Source: Fibrobacter succinogenes (GTDB taxonomy: Bacteria > Fibrobacterota > Fibrobacteria > Fibrobacterales > Fibrobacteraceae). From it: 64,000 nt of DNA. Below, one piece after another: positions 18,640-27,533 of this stretch. Each line of letters begins with the position of its first letter. Position 1 is the first letter of the stretch. The DNA lies in the NCBI GenBank assembly GCA_902768715.1, contig CACXMH010000013.1:410-64409 (forward strand), in the 5' to 3' direction. The position numbers and the translations under genes were made by a program. The notes beneath the pieces were generated by a model. That model worked only from the letters and a program-made list of their open reading frames with translations. It was not told the origin of the DNA and made no database searches.

Positions 18640-20391
18640 TTACTTCACACCAATCAGAGACAGGTCCCGCACGGCACCCTTGTCAGCGCTGGAGGCCATC
18701 GCAGCATAAGCCTGCAGAGCCTTGGACACCACGCGGTCGCGGTTTTCCGGCTGCCATGCCTTGGCGCCACGGGCTTCCATTTCCTTGCGGCGTTCAGCCA
18801 GTTCGTCGTCGGTGAGCTGCACGTTGATGCTGCGGTTCGGGATGTCGATTTCGATGACGTCGCCCGTGTGCACGAGGCCGATGTTACCCTTGTTGGCGGC
18901 TTCCGGAGAAGCGTGGCCGATGGAGAGGCCGCTCGTACCGCCGGAGAAACGTCCGTCGGTGAGGAGGGCGCAGGACTTGCCGAGGTGACGGCTCTTGAGG
19001 TAAGAGGTCGGGTAGAGCATTTCCTGCATGCCGGGGCCACCCTTCGGGCCTTCGTAGCGGATAACGACCACGTCGCCAGCCTTCACCACGTTCGGGTCGA
19101 GAATGCCCTTCACGGCATCTTCCTGGCTTTCGAACACCACGGCAGGGCCGGTGAACTTGAAGATGGATTCATCGACGCCGGCGGTCTTCACGATGCAGCC
19201 ATCCACGGCGAGGTTACCGTAAAGAACAGCGAGGCCGCCGTCCTTGGTGTAGGCGTGTTCGCCGTCGCGGATAGCGCCTGTAGCGCGGTCGAGGTCGTGG
19301 TCGGGGTACATGAAATTCTGCGAGAAGGCGACCAGGTTGTACTTGCGGCCCGGGCCAGCGAGGTAGCGCTGCTTGGCTTCGGCGGTCGGGTTACGCTTGA
19401 GGTCGTTCACTTCGAGGGCTTCGCCCATCGTAGCGGCGTGAACGGTCTTTGCATTCTTGTGGATGAGGCCCATGCGGTCGAGTTCGCCCATGATACCCAT
19501 GATGCCACCGGCGCGGTTCACGTTTTCGACGTGGATGTTGTGGACCGTCGGGGCTACCTTGCAGATGCACGGCGTGTTGCGGGAGAGGCGGTCGATGTCC
19601 TTCATGGTGAAATCGACACCCGCTTCCTGGGCGACGGCGAGCAAGTGGAGCACGGTGTTGGAGGAACCGCCCATGGCGATGTCGAGGCGCATGGCGTTTT
19701 CAAAGGCGTCCTTCGTGGCGATGCTGCGCGGGAGGATGCTGTCGTCGTTCAAGTCGTAATACTGGTGGCAGAGTTCCACGATACGCTTACCGGCGGCTTC
19801 GAAGAGCTTCTTACGTTCGGCGTGGGTGGCAACAATCGTGCCGTTGCCCGGGAGGCTAAGGCCCAGGGCTTCGGTCAGGGAGTTCATGGAGTTTGCGGTG
19901 AACATGCCGGAGCAGGAGCCGCAAGTGGGGCAGGAGTTGGCTTCGATGGCGGCCACTTCTTCGTCGCTTACAGAGCTGTCGGCGGAATCGATCATGGCGT
20001 CAATCAGGTCGAGGGCGCGGTCCTTGCCGTCCTTCGTGGTCACGTGGCCAGCTTCCATCGGGCCACCAGAGACGAAGATTGCCGGAATGTTGAGGCGCAT
20101 GGCGGCCATGAGCATGCCCGGAGTCACCTTGTCGCAGTTGGAGATGCACACGAGGGCGTCGGCGCGGTGCATTTCCTTCGCGACACCGCCGGCGGCTTCG
20201 ATCGCGCGGGCGACAACCTGGCCCAAGTCCTTCAGGTGAACGTGGCCCGGAACAAACTGGGTATAGCTGTTCACCACGCAAATCACCGGCTTGCCAAAGT
20301 CTTCCACCTTGGTTCCTGTTGCGTGCCAAAGGGCGCGTGCACCGGCCATTTCACGGCCTTCCATAGTCTTGAGCGAACGAAGTTTCGGCAT
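18640..20391 (-). CDS. ilvD: Dihydroxy-acid dehydratase, E. coli-like, but missing the conserved [14 protein letters not shown]...segment
   Basis: Near-colinear with E. coli IlvD as I remember it (MPK.RS...[63 protein letters not shown]). About 36 residues are absent after GGVAKE. Confidence 0.85.
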   Translation of the reverse strand: MPKLRSLKTMEGREMAGARALWHATGTKVEDFGKPVICVVNSYTQFVPGHVHLKDLGQVVARAIEAAGGVAKEMHRADALVCISNCDKVTPGMLMAAMRLNIPAIFVSGGPMEAGHVTTKDGKDRALDLIDAMIDSADSSVSDEEVAAIEANSCPTCGSCSGMFTANSMNSLTEALGLSLPGNGTIVATHAERKKLFEAAGKRIVELCHQYYDLNDDSILPRSIATKDAFENAMRLDIAMGGSSNTVLHLLAVAQEAGVDFTMKDIDRLSRNTPCICKVAPTVHNIHVENVNRAGGIMGIMGELDRMGLIHKNAKTVHAATMGEALEVNDLKRNPTAEAKQRYLAGPGRKYNLVAFSQNFMYPDHDLDRATGAIRDGEHAYTKDGGLAVLYGNLAVDGCIVKTAGVDESIFKFTGPAVVFESQEDAVKGILDPNVVKAGDVVVIRYEGPKGGPGMQEMLYPTSYLKSRHLGKSCALLTDGRFSGGTSGLSIGHASPEAANKGNIGLVHTGDVIEIDIPNRSINVQLTDDELAERRKEMEARGAKAWQPENRDRVVSKALQAYAAMASSADKGAVRDLSLIGVK

Positions 20392-20412
20392 AATAGTTCC
20401 TTGTGTTTAAAA

Positions 20413-20485
20413 GATGTCATCCTCGTGAGAGAATGTCATCCCCGCCCGTTCGGCTTGCTCAGGGCAGGCTCCGGCGGGGATCTCC
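20413..20485. repeat. GTCATCC-family repeats (two heads) with an ATCCCCGCC...GGCGGGGAT long hairpin and a GGGGATCTCC tail
   Basis: gatGTCATCCtcg... aatGTCATCCCCGCC cgttcggcttgctcagggcaggctcc GGCGGGGATCTCC. The loop shares gctcagggcaggct with 50966-51013. Confidence 0.75.
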
Positions 20486-20536
20486 TATACGTTGCGCAAT
20501 AATGTAGCAAAAAAGGGGAGGAACGCTCGAATACAA

Positions 20537-20566
20537 GAAAAAAACACCCGCCTTGCGGCAGGTGCT
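20537..20566 (-). terminator. Intrinsic terminator downstream of the GH45 gene
   Basis: The minus strand reads CACCTGCC gcaa GGCGGGTG followed by TTTTTTT. Confidence 0.7.
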
Positions 20567-20589
20567 TTATGGAGGTTAATGAAAAAGGA

Positions 20590-22320
20590 TTAGTACTTGG
20601 CAGTGAGTACCGATGGGCACTCGACTTCCCTATAGGTGTGGTTGGGATTACCGGCCGCTTCCATGAAGTTGGCCAAGAACAGGCAACCTTGCTTGGCTTG
20701 AGAGTCGCTGCCGAAGGACGTGTTGCACTTGTTGACCAAGCACTCCTTGCGCCTGGTATAAATTTCCTCTTCGGATCCGTTATATCCGGCTTCGTTTTCG
20801 CAGACGCTTAAAAGTCCGCCATAACGCTCGCCCATATTGCCACTCCAACCCATCAGGGAACTACAGCCGTCAAATGCACCATATCCACCGCCCGGAATCA
20901 TAATGTCGAATTGCTGGTGGCTCACATCGTAGCCAATGTTGGAGGCCATGACGATAAGTTTTTTGCCCTTGAGTTTCTTGTGATTCAGCGTGGTTTCGTA
21001 TTTGCCCTCGCCAGTAAAGGTAAGCTCAAAGCACCTACCGCAGGCGGCGTTTGTCGGAACGGCCGCGAAAGCAAAGCCGATATTTGAACAACCGTCAATG
21101 GTAAACGGAATCTGGCTAATGCAAGTTGCCATGGGACCGCCATCACAGACACTGGCAGCACCCCAGTCTGAAGACTTCGTTGTGCCCTTGTTCGAGCATT
21201 GGCTTGCGAGGTTTTGGGTGTTTGCTGCCCAGGAACAGCTGGGCTTGCAGCAGTCCCAATAACGGCTAGCAAAACCACTTCCCGAGTCACCACCCTTGGC
21301 AACGATGTTCGGGCAGCTTCCTGTCTGCTGGCTTGTAGAACTGGGAGTCTGCTGCTGGGAGTTGGAACTGGGAGTCTGCTGGGAGTTGGAACTCGGAGTC
21401 GGGTTAGGATTGGGATTCGGGTTCGGGTTAGGATTGGGATTCGGGTTCGAGACTGTGCCCACATCTGCGCAGTTATTTCCCGTTGGATCGTACCAGCATT
21501 GTAAAACGCAGGATGCATCATAAGAGTACTGTTCCTCATGGGCTCCTCTCAGACCATGCGCATAATGATCGACACATTGACTCGAAACACTGTCGTAGCA
21601 TTTGTTATCGCCGCAGTTATCCCCCGATGAAGCAGAGTTTTGCGTCTGGTTGCTTGCAGAGCTGGTCGTATTGTTGTTCTGGTTGTTGCTTCCGTTGCTT
21701 GCAGAGCTGGTCGTATTGTTGTTCTGGTTATTATTGCCACCGTTGCTTGCAGAACTGGTTGTGTTGTTGTTCTGGTTGTTGTTGCCGCCGTTGCTTGCAG
21801 AACTGGTCACCGTCTGCTGGTTGGCGTTGCTTGTGGGGTTGGAGGCTTCTGCAGAGGATTCTGTAGTCTTGTTCGGATTTTCGGCGATGATGTCGCCATT
21901 GTTGTCCACAATGTCGCCATTGTCATCTACTTTACCTACATCGTTACCTTCGGTATCCGTAACTTTGCCGTCGCCGTCAACCACCAGCTTCTGCCCGTCA
22001 TCAGTCGTGACGACTTTTACATCAGACAGATTTTCATCATCGATGTTTTCTACGATGGGGTTGCCGTCGTCATCAGTGATTTTGCGGTCGGCATAATGCC
22101 CAACGGCATTCCATTGTTCATCGAAGACACTTCCATCTTCTGTGATGTAGTATTTCTGTCCGTCTTGATCAAGAACCTGGACATTTTCGGCCATATTCGG
22201 AATGAGATTGGCCGGGTTTACGGTGGTGTTGTCGGTGCAGTTCCAGGCGAGCATGAGCGCACCCGCAACCAACATTGATTTGAAGAACGGAAATTTCATG
22301 GTACCTCTCTTTATACCCAT
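20590..22320 (-). CDS. Secreted endo-beta-1,4-glucanase, glycoside hydrolase family 45, with long low-complexity linkers
   Basis: The C-terminal domain carries GH45 signatures (SRYWDCCKPSCSWA, CGRCFELTFTG, KKLIVMASNIG, FDIMIPGGGYGAFDGC). A signal peptide, a D/G/N-rich region, N/S-rich tandem repeats and a (PN)n linker lie upstream. Confidence 0.85.
   Translation of the reverse strand: MGIKRGTMKFPFFKSMLVAGALMLAWNCTDNTTVNPANLIPNMAENVQVLDQDGQKYYITEDGSVFDEQWNAVGHYADRKITDDDGNPIVENIDDENLSDVKVVTTDDGQKLVVDGDGKVTDTEGNDVGKVDDNGDIVDNNGDIIAENPNKTTESSAEASNPTSNANQQTVTSSASNGGNNNQNNNTTSSASNGGNNNQNNNTTSSASNGSNNQNNNTTSSASNQTQNSASSGDNCGDNKCYDSVSSQCVDHYAHGLRGAHEEQYSYDASCVLQCWYDPTGNNCADVGTVSNPNPNPNPNPNPNPNPTPSSNSQQTPSSNSQQQTPSSTSQQTGSCPNIVAKGGDSGSGFASRYWDCCKPSCSWAANTQNLASQCSNKGTTKSSDWGAASVCDGGPMATCISQIPFTIDGCSNIGFAFAAVPTNAACGRCFELTFTGEGKYETTLNHKKLKGKKLIVMASNIGYDVSHQQFDIMIPGGGYGAFDGCSSLMGWSGNMGERYGGLLSVCENEAGYNGSEEEIYTRRKECLVNKCNTSFGSDSQAKQGCLFLANFMEAAGNPNHTYREVECPSVLTAKY
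21401..21448. repeat. Coding microsatellite-like (GGGTTN)n tract encoding a (PN)n linker
   Basis: gggttaggattgggattcgggttcgggttaggattgggattcgggttc; it translates on the minus strand to PNPNPNPNPNPNPNP. Confidence 0.9.
21650..21805. repeat. Coding tandem repeat, about 3.3 copies of 45-48 nt (SSASNGGNNNQNNNTT units)
   Basis: Repeated ttgcttgcaga(g/a)ctggt(c/t)gt(a/g)ttgttgttctggtt... units inside the GH45 gene. Confidence 0.9.
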
Positions 22321-22546
22321 TACCCGTTTAAAAAATATAATAAAGTGCTAAAATTGGCTTGTAAAAAAGAGTTTAGAGTGACGAAGGTCAATAAAATGGA
22401 CCGTTTTTTGGCCTGTTTTCGCTTACATTTTTGTGTTTTTAGGTAAAAGTAAGCGTTTTTTTACTAAAAGGCCTGGTTTCGGGGTGATTCCTTCGCCTGC
22501 GGCTCGGAACAGGTGTGGCTCGGAATGACGCCTCTTGCTACCGGCG

Positions 22547-22652
22547 ACCCTAATACCTACATCTAGCGGATCCTCGCCTTGGTTCGACTTCGCTTACCAC
22601 AGGTCGCGAGGATGACAATCCTAGCCCCTAGATCCTAGATCCTAACCCCTGG
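22547..22652. repeat. Composite repeat: 3 heptads, GGATCCTCGC...GCGAGGATGAC hairpin, then 5 CTAG-type heptads
   Basis: accctaa tacctac atctag, then the hairpin at 22567-22617, then atcctag cccctag atcctag atcctaa cccctgg. The last heptads contain the stop codon of the 22642-23646 gene. Confidence 0.8.
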
Positions 22653-23646
22653 CAACCAAACTGTCCAGGAACAGACGCTGGGCCTTGGAGTCGTACATGA
22701 CCACGTCGTAGAGCTCGCCCAACTTGCCGGTGCGGGATTCTACCATAAGCCCTGCCAGGGAGCCTTTTTCGGTGGGGAGGAACGCGCCCTTGCCGTCGGG
22801 AGATTCCTTGAATTCCAGGTAGCCTTCGGACACGAACCAATCGCGGATTACTTTGTAGTAAATGCGTTCCGTGTTGGGGCCAATCAGGGCATTGAGACGC
22901 CGTGCAATCTCGCTTACCGGTATGGGAGTTTCGTCGGCGGGGTAGTTGCTCAGTTCTTCTGCAGAAACATGAAATTTTTCACGAGTCTTGCGAAGTGAGT
23001 TCCCTTCTTCGGCACCGTCTTCGTCGGCATGGTTGGAACCGCGGTTTGCAAAGCGTTCGTTGGCGATGTCGATACACTTCTGGAGGTTGTCCAACACGTA
23101 CTGTTGGGCCTTTTCCCAGCATTGGGTATAGATGTTGTGGTGGCCCCGCAGGTCCGATTCGCCCTTCTCGAACCCGTAAGATTCTCCGAGTTCTGTGGGC
23201 AGGTTCGCTTCGGTTCCGTTTTCGGTCATCTGACGGGCGAGGATGCCCTGCTGAACCAAGAAGTTGGCCACGTCAGCGTAGAGCAGGTGGTTCATGTTCA
23301 CGCCAGCGGGGATAAGTTCGTTGATATTGCGGACCACCCGGGAAATGGAGACGGGGTAGTCGAAGAAACGGTATTTACTAACAGCTTCGGGGGCAATAGA
23401 AAGGGGCTGCTTGGGGGTCTTGGGCGCTTTAGGTGCGGGCTTGCGGGGAGCGCTCACCGGGGCCAACTGTTCGTGGTTCAGCTGTTGTTGCAACAGGGAA
23501 GCCACATAGGCGAGGCACTTGCTGATTCGTTCCTGTTTGCAGGAGTCCCCTTCGGGGAGGATTTCGTCGGTAAGAGGGTTGATGCCGCAAGACAATTTGC
23601 GCAGGTACATTTCGGCACGTTCGATAATTGCATTTTCAGAAGCCAT
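22642..23646 (-). CDS. Hypothetical protein with an internal duplication
   Basis: Long ORF with no overlapping alternative. Two similar ~70-aa segments (PVSISRVVRNINELIP...LPTELGESYG and PVSEIARRLNALIG...LPTEKGSLAG). I recognise no family. Confidence 0.5.
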   Translation of the reverse strand: MASENAIIERAEMYLRKLSCGINPLTDEILPEGDSCKQERISKCLAYVASLLQQQLNHEQLAPVSAPRKPAPKAPKTPKQPLSIAPEAVSKYRFFDYPVSISRVVRNINELIPAGVNMNHLLYADVANFLVQQGILARQMTENGTEANLPTELGESYGFEKGESDLRGHHNIYTQCWEKAQQYVLDNLQKCIDIANERFANRGSNHADEDGAEEGNSLRKTREKFHVSAEELSNYPADETPIPVSEIARRLNALIGPNTERIYYKVIRDWFVSEGYLEFKESPDGKGAFLPTEKGSLAGLMVESRTGKLGELYDVVMYDSKAQRLFLDSLVARG

Positions 23647-23789
23647 ATTTTACTCCTATTATCTCATTTTATTTAGGCGCGGCAAATATAAAAAAATATA
23701 GGAGTGGAGGTGTCGGCAAAAGCCTGTGTATATGAAAAAGACCGCATAGCACCATGTGCTGCGGTCAGGGGAAAAATGTCTAGAGTAGG

Positions 23790-24341
23790 CTACTTCTGGT
23801 TGGCCTTGTACTGGTCAAGGGCGGCTGCGGCGTTGTCCAGGTCAGCGTAACCCTTCATGGCGCGGGCGCGATCTACGTTGGCCTTTTGGGCGGCAAGGGC
23901 TGCTTCGAAGGCCTTCTTGAAGGCTTCGGTGTTCATGGCGGCAATGGCATAGACCTTGAACTTGCCTTCTTCGGTGACTTCCATGTCCATCTTGACCACG
24001 CTGACGCCGTTCTGCATGTCGGAAATGACGTTTTTCTTGACCGCTTCCTTGTGCTGGGTGAGTTCGTCACCTACTTCTTCTTGGTAGTTGCGGATAAGAG
24101 CTTCGACCTTGGATTCCAAGGAACGTGCCACGTCGGTGCGGGCATTCAGGTCGGCCTCGTCGTAGGCCAGCTGTTCGGACTTGGATTCGCCGATGCCGAT
24201 ACCGGCCACGACGCCCTTGTCGAGCAGTTCGTTCTTTTCTCTCTGCATCTTCATCATCTTGCTTGCGGACTGTTCCTGGGGGGTGCCTGCGCAACCGACA
24301 ATGAACAGGGCGAATGCCAGAAGGGCGATAATCTTTTTCAT
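23790..24341 (-). CDS. Lipoprotein, possibly LPP20-like
   Basis: Lipobox in MKKIIALLAFALFIVGCAG; helical, Ala/Glu/Lys-rich mature part. Confidence 0.5.
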   Translation of the reverse strand: MKKIIALLAFALFIVGCAGTPQEQSASKMMKMQREKNELLDKGVVAGIGIGESKSEQLAYDEADLNARTDVARSLESKVEALIRNYQEEVGDELTQHKEAVKKNVISDMQNGVSVVKMDMEVTEEGKFKVYAIAAMNTEAFKKAFEAALAAQKANVDRARAMKGYADLDNAAAALDQYKANQK

Positions 24342-24443
24342 GTTGTTTCTCCTGATTTTAGTTTACCCGTTCAATATAAGTTATTTTGGGGTGTTGTGTG
24401 CGAAAGTGGGCGAAAACAGGTCGAAAATGTTATATTTATCACT

Positions 24444-25184
24444 ATGAAGAATTTATCCAAGTGTCTTTGTGTGGCGGCTATCACATTTGCCGCGGCCTCT
24501 TCTGTCGCCTTTGCCGACGACAACATCCGTTTTGTTCCCGAACCTTACCCCATTGGCCAGGCTGACCAGGGGGAGGTGAAGCATGTGGTGCTCAAGGGCG
24601 CCAATGTCTCCGGAAAAGAAATCAACCTGGAAAGCGTCATGGGCCAGGGGGTTGGCATGTCCAACTTCAAGTTTCCCAAGAAGATTGCCAAAGGTGCTGC
24701 GGTTGCTATCGAGTTCGACATGGATTTTGCGGGCATGGACGGCCAGATCAACCCGGTGGTGGTAATGGTGGGCACCGACGGCACGCCTTACACGGCAACC
24801 CTGGACGGTTTTGTGAAGGCCCCCATCTTCTTTGGCGAAAAGCTCTTTGATACGGGTTTCTACGCCAAGGGCGAAAAGCGGTCATGGACGTTCTATGTGT
24901 GGGAGACCGACAAGAAGGAAAGGCCCGACCTGGCTCTGGACTCCGCCGCCCTGCGGGAGTTTTCCATGACGTCCAAGCCGGTGATGCTGAACGTGGACAA
25001 GCTGGACCAGATCAGGGAAGGGGGCAAGGTCCCGGGTCTCAAGGTGACTCTTACCACAAAGGGACTTTTGCGTGAAGGTCTGGAGCTAAAGCAGAGGAGC
25101 ATCCGCAAGATTGTGGGCTTCAAGAGTAAAAAGCACCCCAAGGCCACCCCTGAGGTGCTGATTGTGGGCTACTGGAAGGAGTAG
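24444..25184 (+). CDS. Secreted hypothetical protein
   Basis: Internal ATG at 24444 gives a signal peptide (MKNLSKCLCVAAITFAAASSVAFA). The upstream part of the track ORF overlaps the divergent lipoprotein gene. Confidence 0.55.
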   Translation: MKNLSKCLCVAAITFAAASSVAFADDNIRFVPEPYPIGQADQGEVKHVVLKGANVSGKEINLESVMGQGVGMSNFKFPKKIAKGAAVAIEFDMDFAGMDGQINPVVVMVGTDGTPYTATLDGFVKAPIFFGEKLFDTGFYAKGEKRSWTFYVWETDKKERPDLALDSAALREFSMTSKPVMLNVDKLDQIREGGKVPGLKVTLTTKGLLREGLELKQRSIRKIVGFKSKKHPKATPEVLIVGYWKE

Positions 25185-25279
25185 TCCGGTCTAAAAAGCG
25201 CGAAAAATTCTGTTTTTTCGCAATTTTGCCTTGAAAAAAGGGGAGACTTTAACTAACTTTGGTGCACTCGTAAGAGTCT

Positions 25280-25353
25280 CGGGATGTAGCTCAGCCTGGT
25301 AGAGCGCTTGAATGGGGTTCAAGAGGTCGCTGATTCGAATTCAGTCATCCCGA
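25280..25353 (+). tRNA. tRNA-Pro (anticodon GGG)
   Basis: Manual cloverleaf: acceptor CGGGATG/CATCCCG, D-arm GCTC-AGCCTGGTA-GAGC, anticodon arm CTTGA-ATGGGGT-TCAAG, T-arm GCTGA-TTCGAAT-TCAGT, discriminator A. Confidence 0.9.
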
Positions 25354-25355
25354 TA

Positions 25356-25386
25356 AAAAGGCCCGCTTTTGTAGCGGGTCTTTTCT
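25356..25386 (+). terminator. Intrinsic terminator after tRNA-Pro
   Basis: GCCCGC ttttgta GCGGGT followed by CTTTTCTATTTT. Confidence 0.6.
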
Positions 25387-25457
25387 ATTTTGTTGAAAAG
25401 GCGTTTCTTTGGTACGGAGCGCCGCGGAATATTTAAGGAGCAAGTTTAAGGAGTAGG

Positions 25458-27533
25458 GTGGCAAAACGCATACCAAAGACCGAGGCCCCTCTGGAGGTTG
25501 GCCGGAAGCGAAAGTCCCAGGAGCTGGAACTTTTTTGCGAGGTCTATATCCCGCTGGCCCCGTCGGTCTATACCTACGGCGTTCCCGAAGGCGCAAAAGT
25601 TGAACGGGGAAGCGTGGTCTGGGTGCAGTTCGCCACCCGCAAGAACCCCCTGCTGGCCCTGGTTTCCCGTGTAAGCCGGGAACGGCCCGCCTTTGACGTG
25701 CGGTGCGCCTACCCCCATGCTTCGGGCTATGTCTTTAACGAGCGGTACATGGACGCCCTGGAATGGGTGGCACGCTACTATATAAGTACTCCCATGAAGG
25801 CCCTGGACGTGTTCTGGCCCTCGGATTTCGGGAAGTATCTGGACGCTGTCGCTGCCGATGCTGGCACGGAAGTTGCGCCGGTTGGTACGGGTGAAACTTT
25901 GGCTGGTTCGGACGGTGTTGCATCGGGCATAAAAAGTGTCGCGCCCCTGACTGACGAGCAGCAGGTGGCGTTAAACGCCCTGGTGGCCCGCCTAAAAGGA
26001 AACGGTTTCCGTGGGGCGCTTTTGCACGGGGTCACCGGCAGCGGCAAGACCCGTGTCTATCAGGAACTGGCCCGCGTGGCTCTCAGCCGGGGGCTCAAGG
26101 TCTTGATTCTCGTGCCCGAAATAGGCCTCACGCCCCAGACGGCGGGGCGGTTCGAGAGTTTTCTGGGCGTGCCCGTGCAGGTGTTGCATTCTGCCCTTTC
26201 GGCCCCCAAGAAGCGTTCTGCCTACGTGTCCGTGCTGAAGGGGGAGGCCCGTGTGGTTCTCGGGACCCGGAGCGCCATCCTTGCGCCTTTCGACTTTGAC
26301 GTGGTGGTTCTGGACGAGGAGCACGACAGTTCCTTCAAGCAGCAGGACCCGGCCCCCCGCTACCACACGCGGGAACTGGCCTTTCACTTGGCCCACAAGT
26401 ACGGGGCCCTGGTGGTGCTTGGGTCTGCCACGCCGGCCCTGGAAACATTTTACAACGCGAACCAGGGCCACCTGGAACTGCTTTCCCTGAAAAAGCGGGC
26501 CACGGCGGCGCCCCTGCCCGATGTAAAGATTGTTGACATGGGGGAGGTTCGGCAGCAGAAGGGAATCCTTATGTCGCCGGAGTTGCGGGAGGCCTTGACG
26601 GAATGCGTTTCGGCGGGGGAACAGGCTATTGTGCTTATGAACCGTCGTGGTTATTCCAAGATTCGGGTGTGCAGCAGCTGCGGTGAGACGCTCTACTGCA
26701 AGCATTGCCACGTGCCCCTGGTTTACCACCGGCAGTACCGCGGGCTTCTGTGCCACTACTGCAACAGCATCTATCCGGAAAACACCTGCTGTCATTCCTG
26801 CGGGGCGGAGACCTACGAATACGTGGGTGGCGCCATCGAAAAGCTGGAAGAAGAAATTGTACAGTGGATTCCGGGGGCGAACGTGGTCCGTATGGACAGG
26901 GACACCACCCAAAACGTAGGTTCTGTGGAAAAAATTCTGGAGGCTTTCAGGAAACGGGAACACAACATTCTGCTGGGCACCCAGATGGTGGCCAAGGGCC
27001 ACGACTTTCCGGGAGTGCGTCTTGTTGGGATCGTCGGGGCCGACAGCGGGCTTGGCATTCCCGACTTTCGCGGGACGGAGCGGCTGTTCCAGCTGTTGAG
27101 CCAGACGGCAGGCCGTGCAGGCCGCGCCCAGGGCGGCGGCCGCGTCTTGATTCAGACCATGAATCCTGCGGAACCCATAATGCAGTTCGCCCTGAACCAC
27201 GACTATGCGGGTTTTGCCCGGAGTGAACTTTCGAACCGGAAAGCGGCGCTCTATCCGCCCTTCTGCAAGCTGGTGACTGTGTCGGTCGGGAGTCGTGACG
27301 AATCGGCCCTGAATGGGGCGCTGTCAAAGCTTGAGGCTTTGTGCAAAAAGGAAAAGTCCCTGATGGTGCTTGGGCCTGTGGAGGCCTTTGTGCCTGTGGT
27401 GCAGAACGTGCACTGGAGCAGGCTCTACCTGAAAACCCAGGAACTGAACGCCGTCCGCAGCGTGCTCGGGCCTGTGGTGAACAACCCCAAAGCCTTTGCC
27501 CCCGGGGTAGATGTGAAGGTGGAAATAGAGTAG
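25458..27533 (+). CDS. priA: Primosomal protein N' (replication restart helicase PriA)
   Basis: Walker A GVTGSGKTRVY, DEEHD box, and a Cys-rich zinc region (CSSCGE...CKHCHV...CHYCN...CHSCGA). GTG start preceded by AAGGAG. Confidence 0.9.
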   Translation: MAKRIPKTEAPLEVGRKRKSQELELFCEVYIPLAPSVYTYGVPEGAKVERGSVVWVQFATRKNPLLALVSRVSRERPAFDVRCAYPHASGYVFNERYMDALEWVARYYISTPMKALDVFWPSDFGKYLDAVAADAGTEVAPVGTGETLAGSDGVASGIKSVAPLTDEQQVALNALVARLKGNGFRGALLHGVTGSGKTRVYQELARVALSRGLKVLILVPEIGLTPQTAGRFESFLGVPVQVLHSALSAPKKRSAYVSVLKGEARVVLGTRSAILAPFDFDVVVLDEEHDSSFKQQDPAPRYHTRELAFHLAHKYGALVVLGSATPALETFYNANQGHLELLSLKKRATAAPLPDVKIVDMGEVRQQKGILMSPELREALTECVSAGEQAIVLMNRRGYSKIRVCSSCGETLYCKHCHVPLVYHRQYRGLLCHYCNSIYPENTCCHSCGAETYEYVGGAIEKLEEEIVQWIPGANVVRMDRDTTQNVGSVEKILEAFRKREHNILLGTQMVAKGHDFPGVRLVGIVGADSGLGIPDFRGTERLFQLLSQTAGRAGRAQGGGRVLIQTMNPAEPIMQFALNHDYAGFARSELSNRKAALYPPFCKLVTVSVGSRDESALNGALSKLEALCKKEKSLMVLGPVEAFVPVVQNVHWSRLYLKTQELNAVRSVLGPVVNNPKAFAPGVDVKVEIE

